The notes: generated from the letters alone by a model not told the origin. DNA of 38,360 nt from Promethearchaeota archaeon (GCA_048938025.1 JBHLMP010000036.1:1-38360); one strand, 5' to 3'. Counted from the first letter of the stretch, positions 8,375 to 18,809 are shown. Translations and numbers: made by a program.

Positions 8375-9357
8375 TGGAGAAAAATAAAAAAATGCCTAAT
8401 AATTTAATTGTAAAAACAAATAATTTAACAAAATATTATGGCAAAACAAGAGGAATTGAAAACTTAAATCTTGAGATTCATAAGGGTGAGATATTTGGAT
8501 TACTAGGACCCAATGGAGCTGGAAAAACTACAACTATTCGAGTATTATTGGATTTAATCCGGCGTACTTCTGGTGAAGCAAAGGTTTTCGGTTTAGATAC
8601 AAAATTAAATTCTGTTGCTATTCGTCAACGACTAGCTTATTTGCCTGGGGAGTTAGGATTATATCCTGAGAAAACAGGACTTCAGAATCTTGAATATCTG
8701 CTTGGGCAGTATAAAAACCATATACCTAAACGCCAGATTAAAGATTTAGCTGACCATTTAAATCTTGATCTAGACAGAAAGGTTAAAGAACTTAGTAAAG
8801 GCAATAAACAAAAAGTAGGTATTATTCTTGTTCTCGCACCCGAAGTCGAGTTTCTTATCCTTGATGAGCCAACTTCTGGACTTGACCCACTTATAACAAA
8901 TGATTTCTATAAAATACTCCATGATCAACAAAAAGAGAAAGGTTCAACTGTCCTACTGAGTTCCCATTTACTTCAAGAAGTTGAAAAAGTAGCTCATCGT
9001 GTAGGTGTTATCAGAGAAGGTTCACTTGTTGAAGTAGCTACTATTCAACAATTAAAACGTATGGCCCTAAAGGAAGTTAAAATAGAATTTGCTACAATTG
9101 AAGAACTTCAAAAATATTCAACTAAAATCCCTAGAGCACTAGCAGAAAGTGTGATCTTAAATGAAACCCATATATCATTTACTATATCGAGAGATAATTT
9201 ACCTAAAGCTCTAGAAATCCTGTCCCAAATGCCGATTGTTGATTTAGATATTGAAAGTCCTGATCTTGAAGATATTTTTATAAAATATTATCAAACATCG
9301 TCATCTGAAAAGGGATTAGTTGATAAATCAAAAAAGGAAGCTATGGAGGTGAAATAA
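8374..9357 (+). CDS. ABC transporter ATP-binding protein (ABC-2/drug exporter type)
   Basis: Walker A GPNGAGKTT, signature LSKGNKQK, Walker B LILDEPTSGLD, SSH; alternative start at ATG 8392. Confidence 0.95.
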   Translation: MEKNKKMPNNLIVKTNNLTKYYGKTRGIENLNLEIHKGEIFGLLGPNGAGKTTTIRVLLDLIRRTSGEAKVFGLDTKLNSVAIRQRLAYLPGELGLYPEKTGLQNLEYLLGQYKNHIPKRQIKDLADHLNLDLDRKVKELSKGNKQKVGIILVLAPEVEFLILDEPTSGLDPLITNDFYKILHDQQKEKGSTVLLSSHLLQEVEKVAHRVGVIREGSLVEVATIQQLKRMALKEVKIEFATIEELQKYSTKIPRALAESVILNETHISFTISRDNLPKALEILSQMPIVDLDIESPDLEDIFIKYYQTSSSEKGLVDKSKKEAMEVK

Positions 9358-10179
9358 ATGAAACGTTTTATTAGATCAATTAAAGTATCCCTATTAGAAA
9401 AAAAGTACATAATAATAATTCTTGGTGGAGTTATTGGATTACTTAGTTATTACATCATATATATGATAGAGGACATGGATCTTTCGGCAATAGAAGATAT
9501 TATTAATGCGTGGCCAGAAGGGATGTTAGAATTTTTTGGAGATGTCGAAATATTTACAAATCCGTATGGATTTTGGGGTTTAGAGTTACTATCCTTTATG
9601 TGGCTCTACGGAGGGATCTATATTATCTATATGGCCAGTGGTCTTTTATCGCAAGAGGTAGAACAGAAAACCATAGATCTATCCCTTTCCAAACCAGTCA
9701 CTCGAGATCAATTTTTAGGTAGTAAAATAGCATTCCTTTACATATTCATTATGGCTACAATGGGTATCTTTTTCCTTATTACAATGGGCGGAATGGCATC
9801 TTCTTCGGTATTCCAAGATGAAGGACTTTACTTTGATCGATTATGGTTGACTTATATAATCGTTGTACTCTATCTTGGGGCGTTAGCAATGTTTGCCAAG
9901 TTTTTTTCAACTATTTTTCTTAACTCTAGAAAATCCATGGCATTAGGGGTGATGGTATTATTTCTAATGTTCTTCCTGGGTGAGTTCTACATATATATGG
10001 ACGAATCAGTGCAAAATGTAAAATATATTTCAGTGTTCTACTACTTTAATCCTTCTGATTATTTAGTGCACGAAAATTTCGGACTTTTCGTACGTGATTT
10101 CATTGTTTTATATTTCATCAATACTACTCTAATTTTTGCAAGCCTTGTTGTTTTCGATAAAAAAGATATACCTATATAG
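9358..10179 (+). CDS. ABC-2 type permease
   Basis: About 6 hydrophobic segments, EVEQKTIDLSLSKPVTR motif; abuts the ATPase (TAAATG). Confidence 0.9.
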   Translation: MKRFIRSIKVSLLEKKYIIIILGGVIGLLSYYIIYMIEDMDLSAIEDIINAWPEGMLEFFGDVEIFTNPYGFWGLELLSFMWLYGGIYIIYMASGLLSQEVEQKTIDLSLSKPVTRDQFLGSKIAFLYIFIMATMGIFFLITMGGMASSSVFQDEGLYFDRLWLTYIIVVLYLGALAMFAKFFSTIFLNSRKSMALGVMVLFLMFFLGEFYIYMDESVQNVKYISVFYYFNPSDYLVHENFGLFVRDFIVLYFINTTLIFASLVVFDKKDIPI

Positions 10180-10181
10180 AA

Positions 10182-10201
10182 TTTTTTTTTCTTTTTTTTT
10201 T
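10182..10201 (+). terminator. Archaeal oligo-T terminator after ABC operon
   Basis: T9-C-T10 tract immediately after the TAG stop. Confidence 0.6.
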
Positions 10202-10236
10202 ACAAAAGTATGAGAATATTAGATTAATGGTGTAAT

Positions 10237-10404
10237 ATGAATAGAAGATTTTTTAAAAAGAAATTCTGTTCTATTTGCAAGAAAAAGCTCATTTATAATC
10301 ATAATGGAAAGATAATTTGTAGAATTTGTGAAATCGAATGTAAATTTGATCCAATTACAGGTTCTATTAGGTTTATTGATTTCTATGGGAATAGAGATCA
10401 TTAA
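10237..10404 (+). CDS. Small Zn-ribbon protein (55 aa)
   Basis: Not in the ORF track. MNRRFFKKKFCSICKKKLIYNHNGKIICRICEIECKFDPITGSIRFIDFYGNRDH has CxxC-x13-CxxC; GGTG just upstream of the ATG. Confidence 0.65.
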   Translation: MNRRFFKKKFCSICKKKLIYNHNGKIICRICEIECKFDPITGSIRFIDFYGNRDH

Positions 10405-10546
10405 AAAACTTTATAGTAAATCTTCAAGAAATTTTATTACTTCAATAATTTACCACCATAACAAATTTTATAAGCTAGGTTATCTTTATTATTAAAATTC
10501 AAAAATTTAATATTAAATAAATTAAATTTTATTAACCTTAAGATCG

Positions 10547-12025
10547 GTGATCTTAGAGATGACAGATATATATAGAAAAAAAGTCCACTACAAAGACCTT
10601 ATTGCAACTTTTGATGATGTTTTGATATTGCCAGGCTTTACTAATTTTAATCCTGATGAAGTAGATGTATCTTCGAATATTGGAAAATATTATTTACAGC
10701 TTCCTATTATGTCAGCTGCGATGGATACAGTTACAGAAGAGGAAATGGCAATAAAAATGGCTTTGAATGGGGGATTGGGAGTATTACATCGAAATTGTTC
10801 TTATGAAAGACAATTAGAGATGTGTCGAATTGTAAAAAGAGCACGATCTTTTGTAATAGATGATGTAGCTACTATTAATCCTAATGCTCCATTAACAAAA
10901 GCAAAATTTATGATGGATAATTATAATATAAGTGGTATTGTTGTAATCAATGAAAGTAAGAAAGTTTGTGGTATTTTCACCAAAAGAGATATTCCCTTTT
11001 CAGAAAAAGATATGAAAAATGGTGTTATAAAAGATTATATGACAAAGGATGTTATTTCTATTAAACCTGGAGCCTCAAGAGAAGAAGCCTTAAAGATATT
11101 ATATGAATCGAGAAAAGAAAAACTACCAATTATAGATGATAAGGGTTATTTAAAAGGCTTAATTACAAAAAAAGATTTAGCTCCTGAATTTCCATTAGCA
11201 TCAAAAGATGAAGAGGGTCATTTATTATGTGCTTTAGCAATATCTCCCAAATTTCCAGAATCTACTCATACACAGAATCTATTAAAAGAAATTGAAAAAT
11301 ATGTTGATATATTCTTTATTGATGTTGCTGATTTTTATAAGAAAAGTGATATAGAGGATACTGCAAAATTAATGAAATTTTTAGAATCTGATTTTATACT
11401 GGGAAATATAGGAACTTATAAAGCTGCTGAACATATAATTACAAAATGTGATTTTGTTGAAGATCAATTTATTGGTCTGAAAGTTGGTATGGGTTCAGGA
11501 TCAATTTGTACAACTTCATTACAAACAGGTGTAGGAGCGCCTACACTTTTTGCTACAGCACAAGCTGCTGATGCGATACAAGATTATAATCCCCAATTAT
11601 CCTTAATCGCTGATGGTGGATTTAAAAATCCAGGGGATATCCCCAAAGCAATAGCCGCTGGAGCAGATTTAGTTATGTCAGGACATTTCTTTGCTGGTTG
11701 TACTGAAAGTCCAGGATTATTAGATACAATACAAGGTCGTAAAGTTAAAGTTTATAGGGGGATGGGAAGCACAGAAGCACGAACTGCTGGATATGTTTCA
11801 GATAGATATGGAAAAGGATCAAAAATGTTAACCGAAGGAGTAAGTGATTATGTTCCCTATACTGGTGATTTATTAGGCGTTTTATCGACATTAAAAGAAG
11901 GATTAATTAATGGTATGATATACGCAGGCGCTGGAAGTATAAAAGAGATGAGAAACGCTGAACTTGGAATTGTTACCCCAATAGGCCAGAGAGAACAAAG
12001 ACCACACGATCTTCTTGGATATTAG
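10547..12025 (+). CDS. guaB: IMP dehydrogenase with CBS pair
   Basis: TFDDVLILP, SAAMDTVTE, GLGVLHRN, catalytic GMGSGSICTT, IADGG, YRGMGS, flap DRY and EGV; probable start ATG 10559. Confidence 0.93.
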   Translation: MILEMTDIYRKKVHYKDLIATFDDVLILPGFTNFNPDEVDVSSNIGKYYLQLPIMSAAMDTVTEEEMAIKMALNGGLGVLHRNCSYERQLEMCRIVKRARSFVIDDVATINPNAPLTKAKFMMDNYNISGIVVINESKKVCGIFTKRDIPFSEKDMKNGVIKDYMTKDVISIKPGASREEALKILYESRKEKLPIIDDKGYLKGLITKKDLAPEFPLASKDEEGHLLCALAISPKFPESTHTQNLLKEIEKYVDIFFIDVADFYKKSDIEDTAKLMKFLESDFILGNIGTYKAAEHIITKCDFVEDQFIGLKVGMGSGSICTTSLQTGVGAPTLFATAQAADAIQDYNPQLSLIADGGFKNPGDIPKAIAAGADLVMSGHFFAGCTESPGLLDTIQGRKVKVYRGMGSTEARTAGYVSDRYGKGSKMLTEGVSDYVPYTGDLLGVLSTLKEGLINGMIYAGAGSIKEMRNAELGIVTPIGQREQRPHDLLGY

Positions 12026-12166
12026 GTTATAAATTAAGGCTCTCGATTTTTAGGTTAAAATATTTATTTATTAAAGATTTATTAGATAATTTTTCACAAC
12101 CATAAATTTTTTTTTATCCTTAAAACTGCTATTATATGTAATAAGTAATGAAGAAAATGATTTTTT

Positions 12167-13771
12167 ATGAAAAAAATAGAGAGAGCAATTATTAGTGTTT
12201 TTGATAAGAGTGGTATTATTGATTTTGCAAAAGTGTTAGTAAATGAATTTGGTGTTGAGATATTATCAACAGGGGGAACTGGAAAGATATTAGAAGAAAA
12301 TAAAATTAAATTTACCAAAATATCAGAATATACAGAAACACCAGAAATTTTTAATGGAAGAGTAAAAACATTACACCCTAAAATCGAGGGCGGTATTCTA
12401 TATCGTAGAGAATTAGAGAATGATCTTTATGATGCCATGAGATACAATATTAAGCCAATAGATATGGTAGTTTGCAATTTATACCAATTTAAAGAAGCTA
12501 TAGAAAAGCCAGGAGTTAAACTAGAAGATGCATTAGAGATGATAGATATAGGGGGTCCTACGATGATTAGAGCGGCCGCTAAAAATTTTCCTGATGTTAT
12601 AGTAGTTCCGAGTCCTGACTATTATGATGACATGATTAATGAGTTAAGAGAATATAAAGGTGCCATTACAGAACAGACACGCTTAATATTGGCTCAAACT
12701 GTTTTTACAATTATGGCAGATTATAACGCTGTTATTGCAAATTTTTTGCAAAAATATTATAATCCAGAATCTTTATTTCCTAATACAATAATTAAAGTTT
12801 ATGATAAAATCAAAGAGTGTAGATATGGAGAAAATTGGGATCAAAAAGCAGCTTATTACAAAGACGCTTCTTCAAAATCAGGTTTGCATAACTTAATCCA
12901 ATTAAGTGGAAAAGAAATTTCATTTAATAATTATCTTGATATTGATGCTTGTATACAAATGCTTCTTGATTTCAACACAGAAAATTATGTTACTACAATA
13001 TTAAAACATACATCTCCAAATGGTGTGGCAATAGATAAAAAAAGTCAGCTTAAGTCCGTTCAGATGGCATTTAGATGTGATCCATTATCTGCTTTTGGAG
13101 GAATTTGGGGAATGAATCAAGAACTTACAGAAAAGGTTGCAGATTTTATTGTAAATAAAGAAAAAATATTTATTGAAGTTATAATGGCTCCTTCATTCAA
13201 ATCAGAGGCTCTAGAAATTTTAAAAGCTAAGGAGAACATGATAATATTAGAATTTGGAGATATTCTTAATACGAGAGATGAAATATATAAAAATTTAGAA
13301 ATTCGAGGAGTTTTAGGTGGAGCTTTAATCCAAGAATATGATAGCAAAGATGTTATTAAAGAATGGAAAGTAGTTAGCAAAAAGCAAGTAAGCGAAAATG
13401 AAAAAGAAGCGTTAATCTTTGCATATAAAGTTTCAAAATGGGCTAAATCAAATTCAGCATGTTTCGCTCAAACTTACAACAACGGAATTTATACAATAGG
13501 AATTGGTGCTGGACAGCAAAGTAGAGTTCATGTAGTGAAACTAGCTGTTCAAAAAGCGGTGGAGTTCGGACATAAAGAAGATCTAAAGAATTCTGTTATG
13601 GGTACAGATTCCTTTTTTCCATTTCCTGATGGTTTAGAAGTTGCTGTTAATGCTGGAGCAAAAGCAATAATTAATCCCGGTGGATCAATTAGAGATGAAG
13701 CAGTAATTAAGCGAGCAGATGAGTTAGGTTGTGCTTTAGTATTTTGTGGTAAAAGAGTATTTCGACATTAA
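12167..13771 (+). CDS. purH: Bifunctional AICAR transformylase / IMP cyclohydrolase
   Basis: RAIISVFDKSG, STGGT, GRVKTLHP, IDIGGPTMIRAAAKN, RYGEN, SFNNYLD, KSN, GAGQQSRV, PGGSIRD, RVFRH. Confidence 0.96.
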   Translation: MKKIERAIISVFDKSGIIDFAKVLVNEFGVEILSTGGTGKILEENKIKFTKISEYTETPEIFNGRVKTLHPKIEGGILYRRELENDLYDAMRYNIKPIDMVVCNLYQFKEAIEKPGVKLEDALEMIDIGGPTMIRAAAKNFPDVIVVPSPDYYDDMINELREYKGAITEQTRLILAQTVFTIMADYNAVIANFLQKYYNPESLFPNTIIKVYDKIKECRYGENWDQKAAYYKDASSKSGLHNLIQLSGKEISFNNYLDIDACIQMLLDFNTENYVTTILKHTSPNGVAIDKKSQLKSVQMAFRCDPLSAFGGIWGMNQELTEKVADFIVNKEKIFIEVIMAPSFKSEALEILKAKENMIILEFGDILNTRDEIYKNLEIRGVLGGALIQEYDSKDVIKEWKVVSKKQVSENEKEALIFAYKVSKWAKSNSACFAQTYNNGIYTIGIGAGQQSRVHVVKLAVQKAVEFGHKEDLKNSVMGTDSFFPFPDGLEVAVNAGAKAIINPGGSIRDEAVIKRADELGCALVFCGKRVFRH

Positions 13772-14015
13772 CTTTTATATTAAAAAAGCGATTTTTATAT
13801 AATTTTATTATATATAAAATTCAAATTTTTGATAGATTAATTCTTTTAAGAAAATTCATCTTAAAAGAAAAAAAATTTATAAAGTTCTACGCATAATTTT
13901 ATAATACTCAAAAAAATCATTTAAACTTTTAAATATTAATATTTTAAATGAGGAGAGTATTTATAATAATTTTAAATCGCAAAAAATTTCTATAGTAGAG
14001 GGATCCTTTTAAAAC

Positions 14016-14303
14016 ATGGATTTTTTCTTAAAAAACTTGAAGGACACCATTGATGCTATTAATAAATTAATAGAAAATAATGTAAACATTGTAAACACTA
14101 AGAAAATAAGAAGATGTTATAACATTAAATCTTCAAATCGTTCAAAGATTAATTTTATTTGGAGATCATTGAATTACCTTGAAAAACAAGGAATTTTAGC
14201 AATTAATGGTGCTACAAACCCAAAAACTTATAAAATCACTGCAAATGAAAAAATTAATGTTGAAAAGTTCCTTTCCCAGATTGATAAGAATGAAAAAATA
14301 TAA
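14016..14303 (+). CDS. Small basic hypothetical protein, possible winged-helix
   Basis: 95 aa, Lys/Asn-rich; IWRSLNYLEKQGIL...PKTYKI resembles a recognition helix plus wing. Confidence 0.6.
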   Translation: MDFFLKNLKDTIDAINKLIENNVNIVNTKKIRRCYNIKSSNRSKINFIWRSLNYLEKQGILAINGATNPKTYKITANEKINVEKFLSQIDKNEKI

Positions 14304-14327
14304 AATTCATTCGAATTTTAAAACACT

Positions 14328-17066
14328 TTAAATTAATTTCAAATTTTCGAGCAGATCATAATACTTTTTCTTGGATTCTTTATCTTCTGGGTTTGTAATA
14401 AGTCTTTTTTGATAAAAGATTATATTTAGATATTTAATTTCTAAATCATTGATTAATTTAATCCAGTCATAAAAGACTTTCATATATTCGTAAACTTCAA
14501 TATCTTCTTCGAAAGATTTAATTTCTTGTTTTTCTTTAACATCTTTTGGTAAACTCTTATACTTTTTAATGCTGAATCCTTGATCTCGTAGTAGTTTTAT
14601 ATTCACCCTATGGATAAATGATTCTAACCCATCTCTCCAAAAAATATATTTCTCATTGAGTCGATCAATAGATTCTTCTACTGCTTTAATCTCTTTTGGA
14701 TAGATTGTTTCATCCTTTTTAGTTAGAATCATCTTTATTTTTTGAAATTCTAAATTAAATTTTTGAATATATGAATCCACCATCTTTGAAAATTCATGCA
14801 AATTTGTGTTGTAGTCATTAGCAAATAATACTTCATCACTTGAAAATGTTAATGAATTTTCATCAAAATGTCCTCTTAATTTGCGTCTTTTAACTAAATC
14901 ATCAAAGATAATCCTTAAAAATTTGATCTCTTCTTCAGATAATTTCTTACCATAAAAAAGATCGTGAAAAGAAAAAAGAAAATTATTTTCTAGCATTAAA
15001 TTCTGAATACCCCTTTCTGTGTAAAAAATTATCTCATCTTCATTATTATAAAAAATTCCTTTTAATTTTCCATCTTTAAGTAAATCTTTAATTAATTCTT
15101 CTATTAAATTTGATGTTATTTCAAAAGTTCCTAAAGAAAGATGATCAACAGATCTCGATTTATCGATTAAAGTGTATTTGATATCATTTTTAGCATCCTC
15201 AATTTTTAATGGACTAAAAATTATAGTATCTCTTTTCTTTAGATAAGTTAGCCCTAAATCATTTAAAAATTCGATAAATTTATCAATTTCCATACCTGTC
15301 TTTTCAAGATATTCACTTATTTCTATTTGTTCTTTATGTTTGATTTCTTCTCCAATTAAACGAATATTTTCGTCAATCTTTGTTAATATATGATTTTCAT
15401 CTATGTTCAATTCATTTGCCAATTCAATAATTTGTTCTTTTTTTTCTTCATCTTCAGGGACTAAACTAATTTCGTCAATCCGCTCTTTTAAATATTTAGA
15501 ATAATAAAAAACCTCTTTACTTTTATCCCAAATCCCACTTCTCAAATCAACACTATACTCTAAGATATCCATTAGTAATGTTTTTTTAATCAAAAATTTG
15601 TCTGATACCTTATTTATATCAAAAAATCCAACTAACTTTGAATTTTCAATTTCTATTTTTATTTTTAACAAACCTAAATTAGTTAACCATTGGGTTCCTT
15701 TATGAAAAGGTGATAGATATTCTTTTGGTAAATTTTTAATTAATTTGATAAATTCTCTATCTAATAATTTCTCTCGATACGAGTTTAGATCAATAACGAT
15801 ATTTTTAGTTGCTTCTGAATTTACTTGTTCTTGAATTTTTTTCAATGAATAATAGATATTTTTACTTTTTCCTATTAATATTTCTTCTTTTGTTGATTTA
15901 ACTATGACTTGAATAAGATCCTGAATAATCTTGGGTGGAATGTAATTATAATTTTTTAAATTTACCATTCCATTTATTCGAAAATTGTTTATTAATTGCG
16001 ATTTCAAATAATTGTAAGGATAAAAATTCCCTAAATTTGAATAAAACCCATTTATTATTTTCAGGTCAAGCAATGTTTTTACGAAAATTTTTAATTCTGA
16101 ATCGTTTTCAATTATTTGAGAAAAAATTTTAAATATATCTTCACGAGATATTTTTTTATCTTCTTTGAAAAAATTAAGAAGTTTTTGCTTTTCAATCTCA
16201 TAAATATAAATTATATCCTCCTTTGATTTGATGTAGAAATAAAACTTTTCATCTTTAAGTGAAGATTTTTTAAAATTGTTCATATAATCTCTTAAGGTTA
16301 TTTCATTGCCCTTTGTTATTGCTGTAAAATTAATCTTTTTCATTAGAAATTGATTATCCAATAATTTGATTAACTCAGTAAGTTTTTGATTTTCTAAATC
16401 GTATTCTTCCAGAAATGGATAGAATTTTTTAATAAGTTTTACCAACTCAACAAAGATCTCAGAGTTTTTGCCATGAAAATGTGATTTTATCAATGATTTT
16501 GAAGTTTTTCTAAACTTATAGAGCTGATCAAAATTCAATTCAATGCAATAATTAAGTAATTGTAATAAAGAGATAATATTATCATAGCTTTTTTCAACCA
16601 AAAGGCTCTCTATAAATAAGTCTTTATTTGAAATTACTATTTCTTTATCTTTTTTAACCAATTGTAATAAAAAATAATGAATATTATCTCTAACATCCTT
16701 AGATTCATCCAATAAAAATTGAATAAATTCAAGAGAGTATTTATTATAGTATTTACTCTTAGCCATAATAGCAAATCCAATTAAAATTATCGAATTTATT
16801 TTGAGTTTAATATTATCAGAGTGGAGAAAACTTCCAACTTTTTCGATTAAACTTTCAGAAATTAATTCAAAGTTTTTCTCTGCTAAAATACTTAAGATAT
16901 AAGTTATAGGTACAGCGAGGGACTCTTGATTGATTAATAAGTCTTCTAGTTCATTAATTATTTTTGAAACTTTAGTAATCTTATTCTTCTCTAGGTATTT
17001 ATTTAGCCTATCAACAATGAAAATGAGAATATTGTTTTCAAATTCTTCCAGATTGAACATATACAA
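14328..17066 (-). CDS. Large protein: N-terminal HEAT/ARM-like region, tandem winged-helix (PCI/UFL1-like) repeats, C-terminal helical region
   Basis: 912 aa; repeated L..L...g.l.G.f patterns (LLDLKIINGFY, LLKDGKLKGIFY, LVKRRKLRGHFD); HEAT-like FLLDESKDVRDN. Confidence 0.6.
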   Translation of the reverse strand: MYMFNLEEFENNILIFIVDRLNKYLEKNKITKVSKIINELEDLLINQESLAVPITYILSILAEKNFELISESLIEKVGSFLHSDNIKLKINSIILIGFAIMAKSKYYNKYSLEFIQFLLDESKDVRDNIHYFLLQLVKKDKEIVISNKDLFIESLLVEKSYDNIISLLQLLNYCIELNFDQLYKFRKTSKSLIKSHFHGKNSEIFVELVKLIKKFYPFLEEYDLENQKLTELIKLLDNQFLMKKINFTAITKGNEITLRDYMNNFKKSSLKDEKFYFYIKSKEDIIYIYEIEKQKLLNFFKEDKKISREDIFKIFSQIIENDSELKIFVKTLLDLKIINGFYSNLGNFYPYNYLKSQLINNFRINGMVNLKNYNYIPPKIIQDLIQVIVKSTKEEILIGKSKNIYYSLKKIQEQVNSEATKNIVIDLNSYREKLLDREFIKLIKNLPKEYLSPFHKGTQWLTNLGLLKIKIEIENSKLVGFFDINKVSDKFLIKKTLLMDILEYSVDLRSGIWDKSKEVFYYSKYLKERIDEISLVPEDEEKKEQIIELANELNIDENHILTKIDENIRLIGEEIKHKEQIEISEYLEKTGMEIDKFIEFLNDLGLTYLKKRDTIIFSPLKIEDAKNDIKYTLIDKSRSVDHLSLGTFEITSNLIEELIKDLLKDGKLKGIFYNNEDEIIFYTERGIQNLMLENNFLFSFHDLFYGKKLSEEEIKFLRIIFDDLVKRRKLRGHFDENSLTFSSDEVLFANDYNTNLHEFSKMVDSYIQKFNLEFQKIKMILTKKDETIYPKEIKAVEESIDRLNEKYIFWRDGLESFIHRVNIKLLRDQGFSIKKYKSLPKDVKEKQEIKSFEEDIEVYEYMKVFYDWIKLINDLEIKYLNIIFYQKRLITNPEDKESKKKYYDLLENLKLI

Positions 17067-17079
17067 AAATCTTAAATGT

Positions 17080-17838
17080 TTACTGAATTAAGTATTTTTT
17101 GAATGGTTCAATTTCTAAAAGATTCTTAATATCTTGAAGTATAATTGTTGGATTAACCTTTCTCAAATCTTTTTCTAATCCATGACCGGAGAATAAGGCA
17201 ATACTATTTATATTAGCATTTTTAGCACATTCTATATCAGCAGGTAAATCTCCGACAAAATATACTTTATTTCTGTCTATAAAATTAAACTGAAACTTTT
17301 CTTTAATTTGCTTTAAAGCAATGACAATTGGATAAGGATTTGGTTTCCTATAAGGAGTTTGATCTCGAGAAATATAAATAGAAAAGAATTTGTCTAAATT
17401 AAGTTGGGCTCTAAAATGATTTAATCTTTTTCCCTTGGTATTTGAGACAATTCCTAAAGGAATACCCCCATTCTTAAGCTTAATTAATATTTCTTCCAAA
17501 TTGGGTTTTAATGATTCAAATTTCTCAAATTTTGGATATGTCCTTCTATATCGGATAAAAAAAAGAATTCTTCTCCAATTATGTGGAATATATCTCTTGT
17601 ATATCTTATAGGCTCTAAATAAAGCTTTTATCCTATTTTTTGAATCCACTTCTTCGAAAAGTCTTGCAATATCAATGAGTCGTAAGTTTTCTGTGTTTTT
17701 CCACCTATAAAAATTTTGTTTTAAAAAGATTAAAGCTGTATATTCAAGAGCTCTTTGTGTAATAACAACCCCATCAAAATCAAATAAAATAATCGGTGGA
17801 TGTGACATAAGGTATATTTTAAAAATTTGGTTTAACAC
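17080..17838 (-). CDS. HAD-superfamily hydrolase (Gph-like)
   Basis: FDFDGV, IVSN, KPNP, FVGDLPADI; probable start ATG 17808 (MSHPP). Confidence 0.9.
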   Translation of the reverse strand: MLNQIFKIYLMSHPPIILFDFDGVVITQRALEYTALIFLKQNFYRWKNTENLRLIDIARLFEEVDSKNRIKALFRAYKIYKRYIPHNWRRILFFIRYRRTYPKFEKFESLKPNLEEILIKLKNGGIPLGIVSNTKGKRLNHFRAQLNLDKFFSIYISRDQTPYRKPNPYPIVIALKQIKEKFQFNFIDRNKVYFVGDLPADIECAKNANINSIALFSGHGLEKDLRKVNPTIILQDIKNLLEIEPFKKYLIQ

Positions 17839-17943
17839 TTAAATTTATTTATTCAGTAAAAATAAACCTTATTTTCTTACTTACAAGAAATAAATATAAT
17901 TAAACAATAAAAAAATAAAAATTATTTATTATTTGTATCTTTA

Positions 17944-18594
17944 TTAGTCTACTTCATCAGGTTCAACTGAAACATATGATAAGAGCGCATCAATTTGTTG
18001 CTCCCTTTTTTTGATATTAAGAACTGTTGGTAATATAACTACTTCGTCTGCTTTTCCTGGAAATAAGGATATTTTTCCAGCTCTTAACATGAAATATTCA
18101 AAAACATCAGGGATTTCTTTTTTAATTCGTAAACCTTTTGTCGGAAATCTTTCAGCAGTGCTAAAAATACCTGATTTATGATATATTTCATTGCGTTCTA
18201 TCTTCCAATAATCAAATCGGGTACTAATAACAATAAATCCTAAAATAATTGCCAGTATTAATGTTGTAATTGCATAAAACATAGCTGATATCCCAAGATT
18301 AAAATCTTCGATACCCTCAGGTAAAGTAACATTTGGAAGTACAAAAAATATAACAAGTAAAATCGTAATAACAATAGCTAGAATGAGTACAAAGAATTTA
18401 GTGGAAGAAAAATCAAAAGCAGTAACAAATAAATTTGTAAAAAATACAATCATCCATGTAGTTCCTAGCCACGAAATAGGATCATCAGAAAAAAATTGAA
18501 TTAACCATGCAACAAATGAGAACACTAGTAATGGCCAGAAAAAGATCACTTTTGGATAACTGCGAAGATAAATTTCATCTTTCTTTTGAGACAT
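17944..18594 (-). CDS. 4-TM membrane protein with C-terminal bacterial PH-like domain (paralog A)
   Basis: Four hydrophobic segments then RFDYWKIERNEIYHKSGIF...; clear paralog of 18810-19490. Confidence 0.7.
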   Translation of the reverse strand: MSQKKDEIYLRSYPKVIFFWPLLVFSFVAWLIQFFSDDPISWLGTTWMIVFFTNLFVTAFDFSSTKFFVLILAIVITILLVIFFVLPNVTLPEGIEDFNLGISAMFYAITTLILAIILGFIVISTRFDYWKIERNEIYHKSGIFSTAERFPTKGLRIKKEIPDVFEYFMLRAGKISLFPGKADEVVILPTVLNIKKREQQIDALLSYVSVEPDEVD

Positions 18595-18809
18595 ATTTTT
18601 TCACTATTTTTTTTAAAAGTTTTTAATATAAATATAGGATTATAAAAATAAAAGATAGATGTGTTATTTAAATATTTTTATCATTTTGATTGACTTGAAA
18701 ATTATTTTGATCTCTTAATTAATTAGCTATTAATGTATAAGTATAAAAAAATTAAAGTTAGTAAACACAGTTTGGCTTATAAATAGCTGGAATTCTTATT
18801 ATTTGAGTT

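Noticed and set aside
10219-10401. 60-aa minus-strand ORF from the track
   Set aside because: Antisense shadow of the more plausible plus-strand CxxC microprotein at 10237-10404
10547-12025. GMP reductase as an alternative call for guaB
   Set aside because: GSICTT catalytic loop, Arg-Tyr flap dyad (SDRY) and adjacency to purH favour IMPDH
17079-17860. 10-bp inverted repeat (TTTACTGAAT / ATTCAGTAAA) flanking the HAD gene, as possible mobile-element ends
   Set aside because: Too short for such AT-rich DNA; no transposase or target duplication
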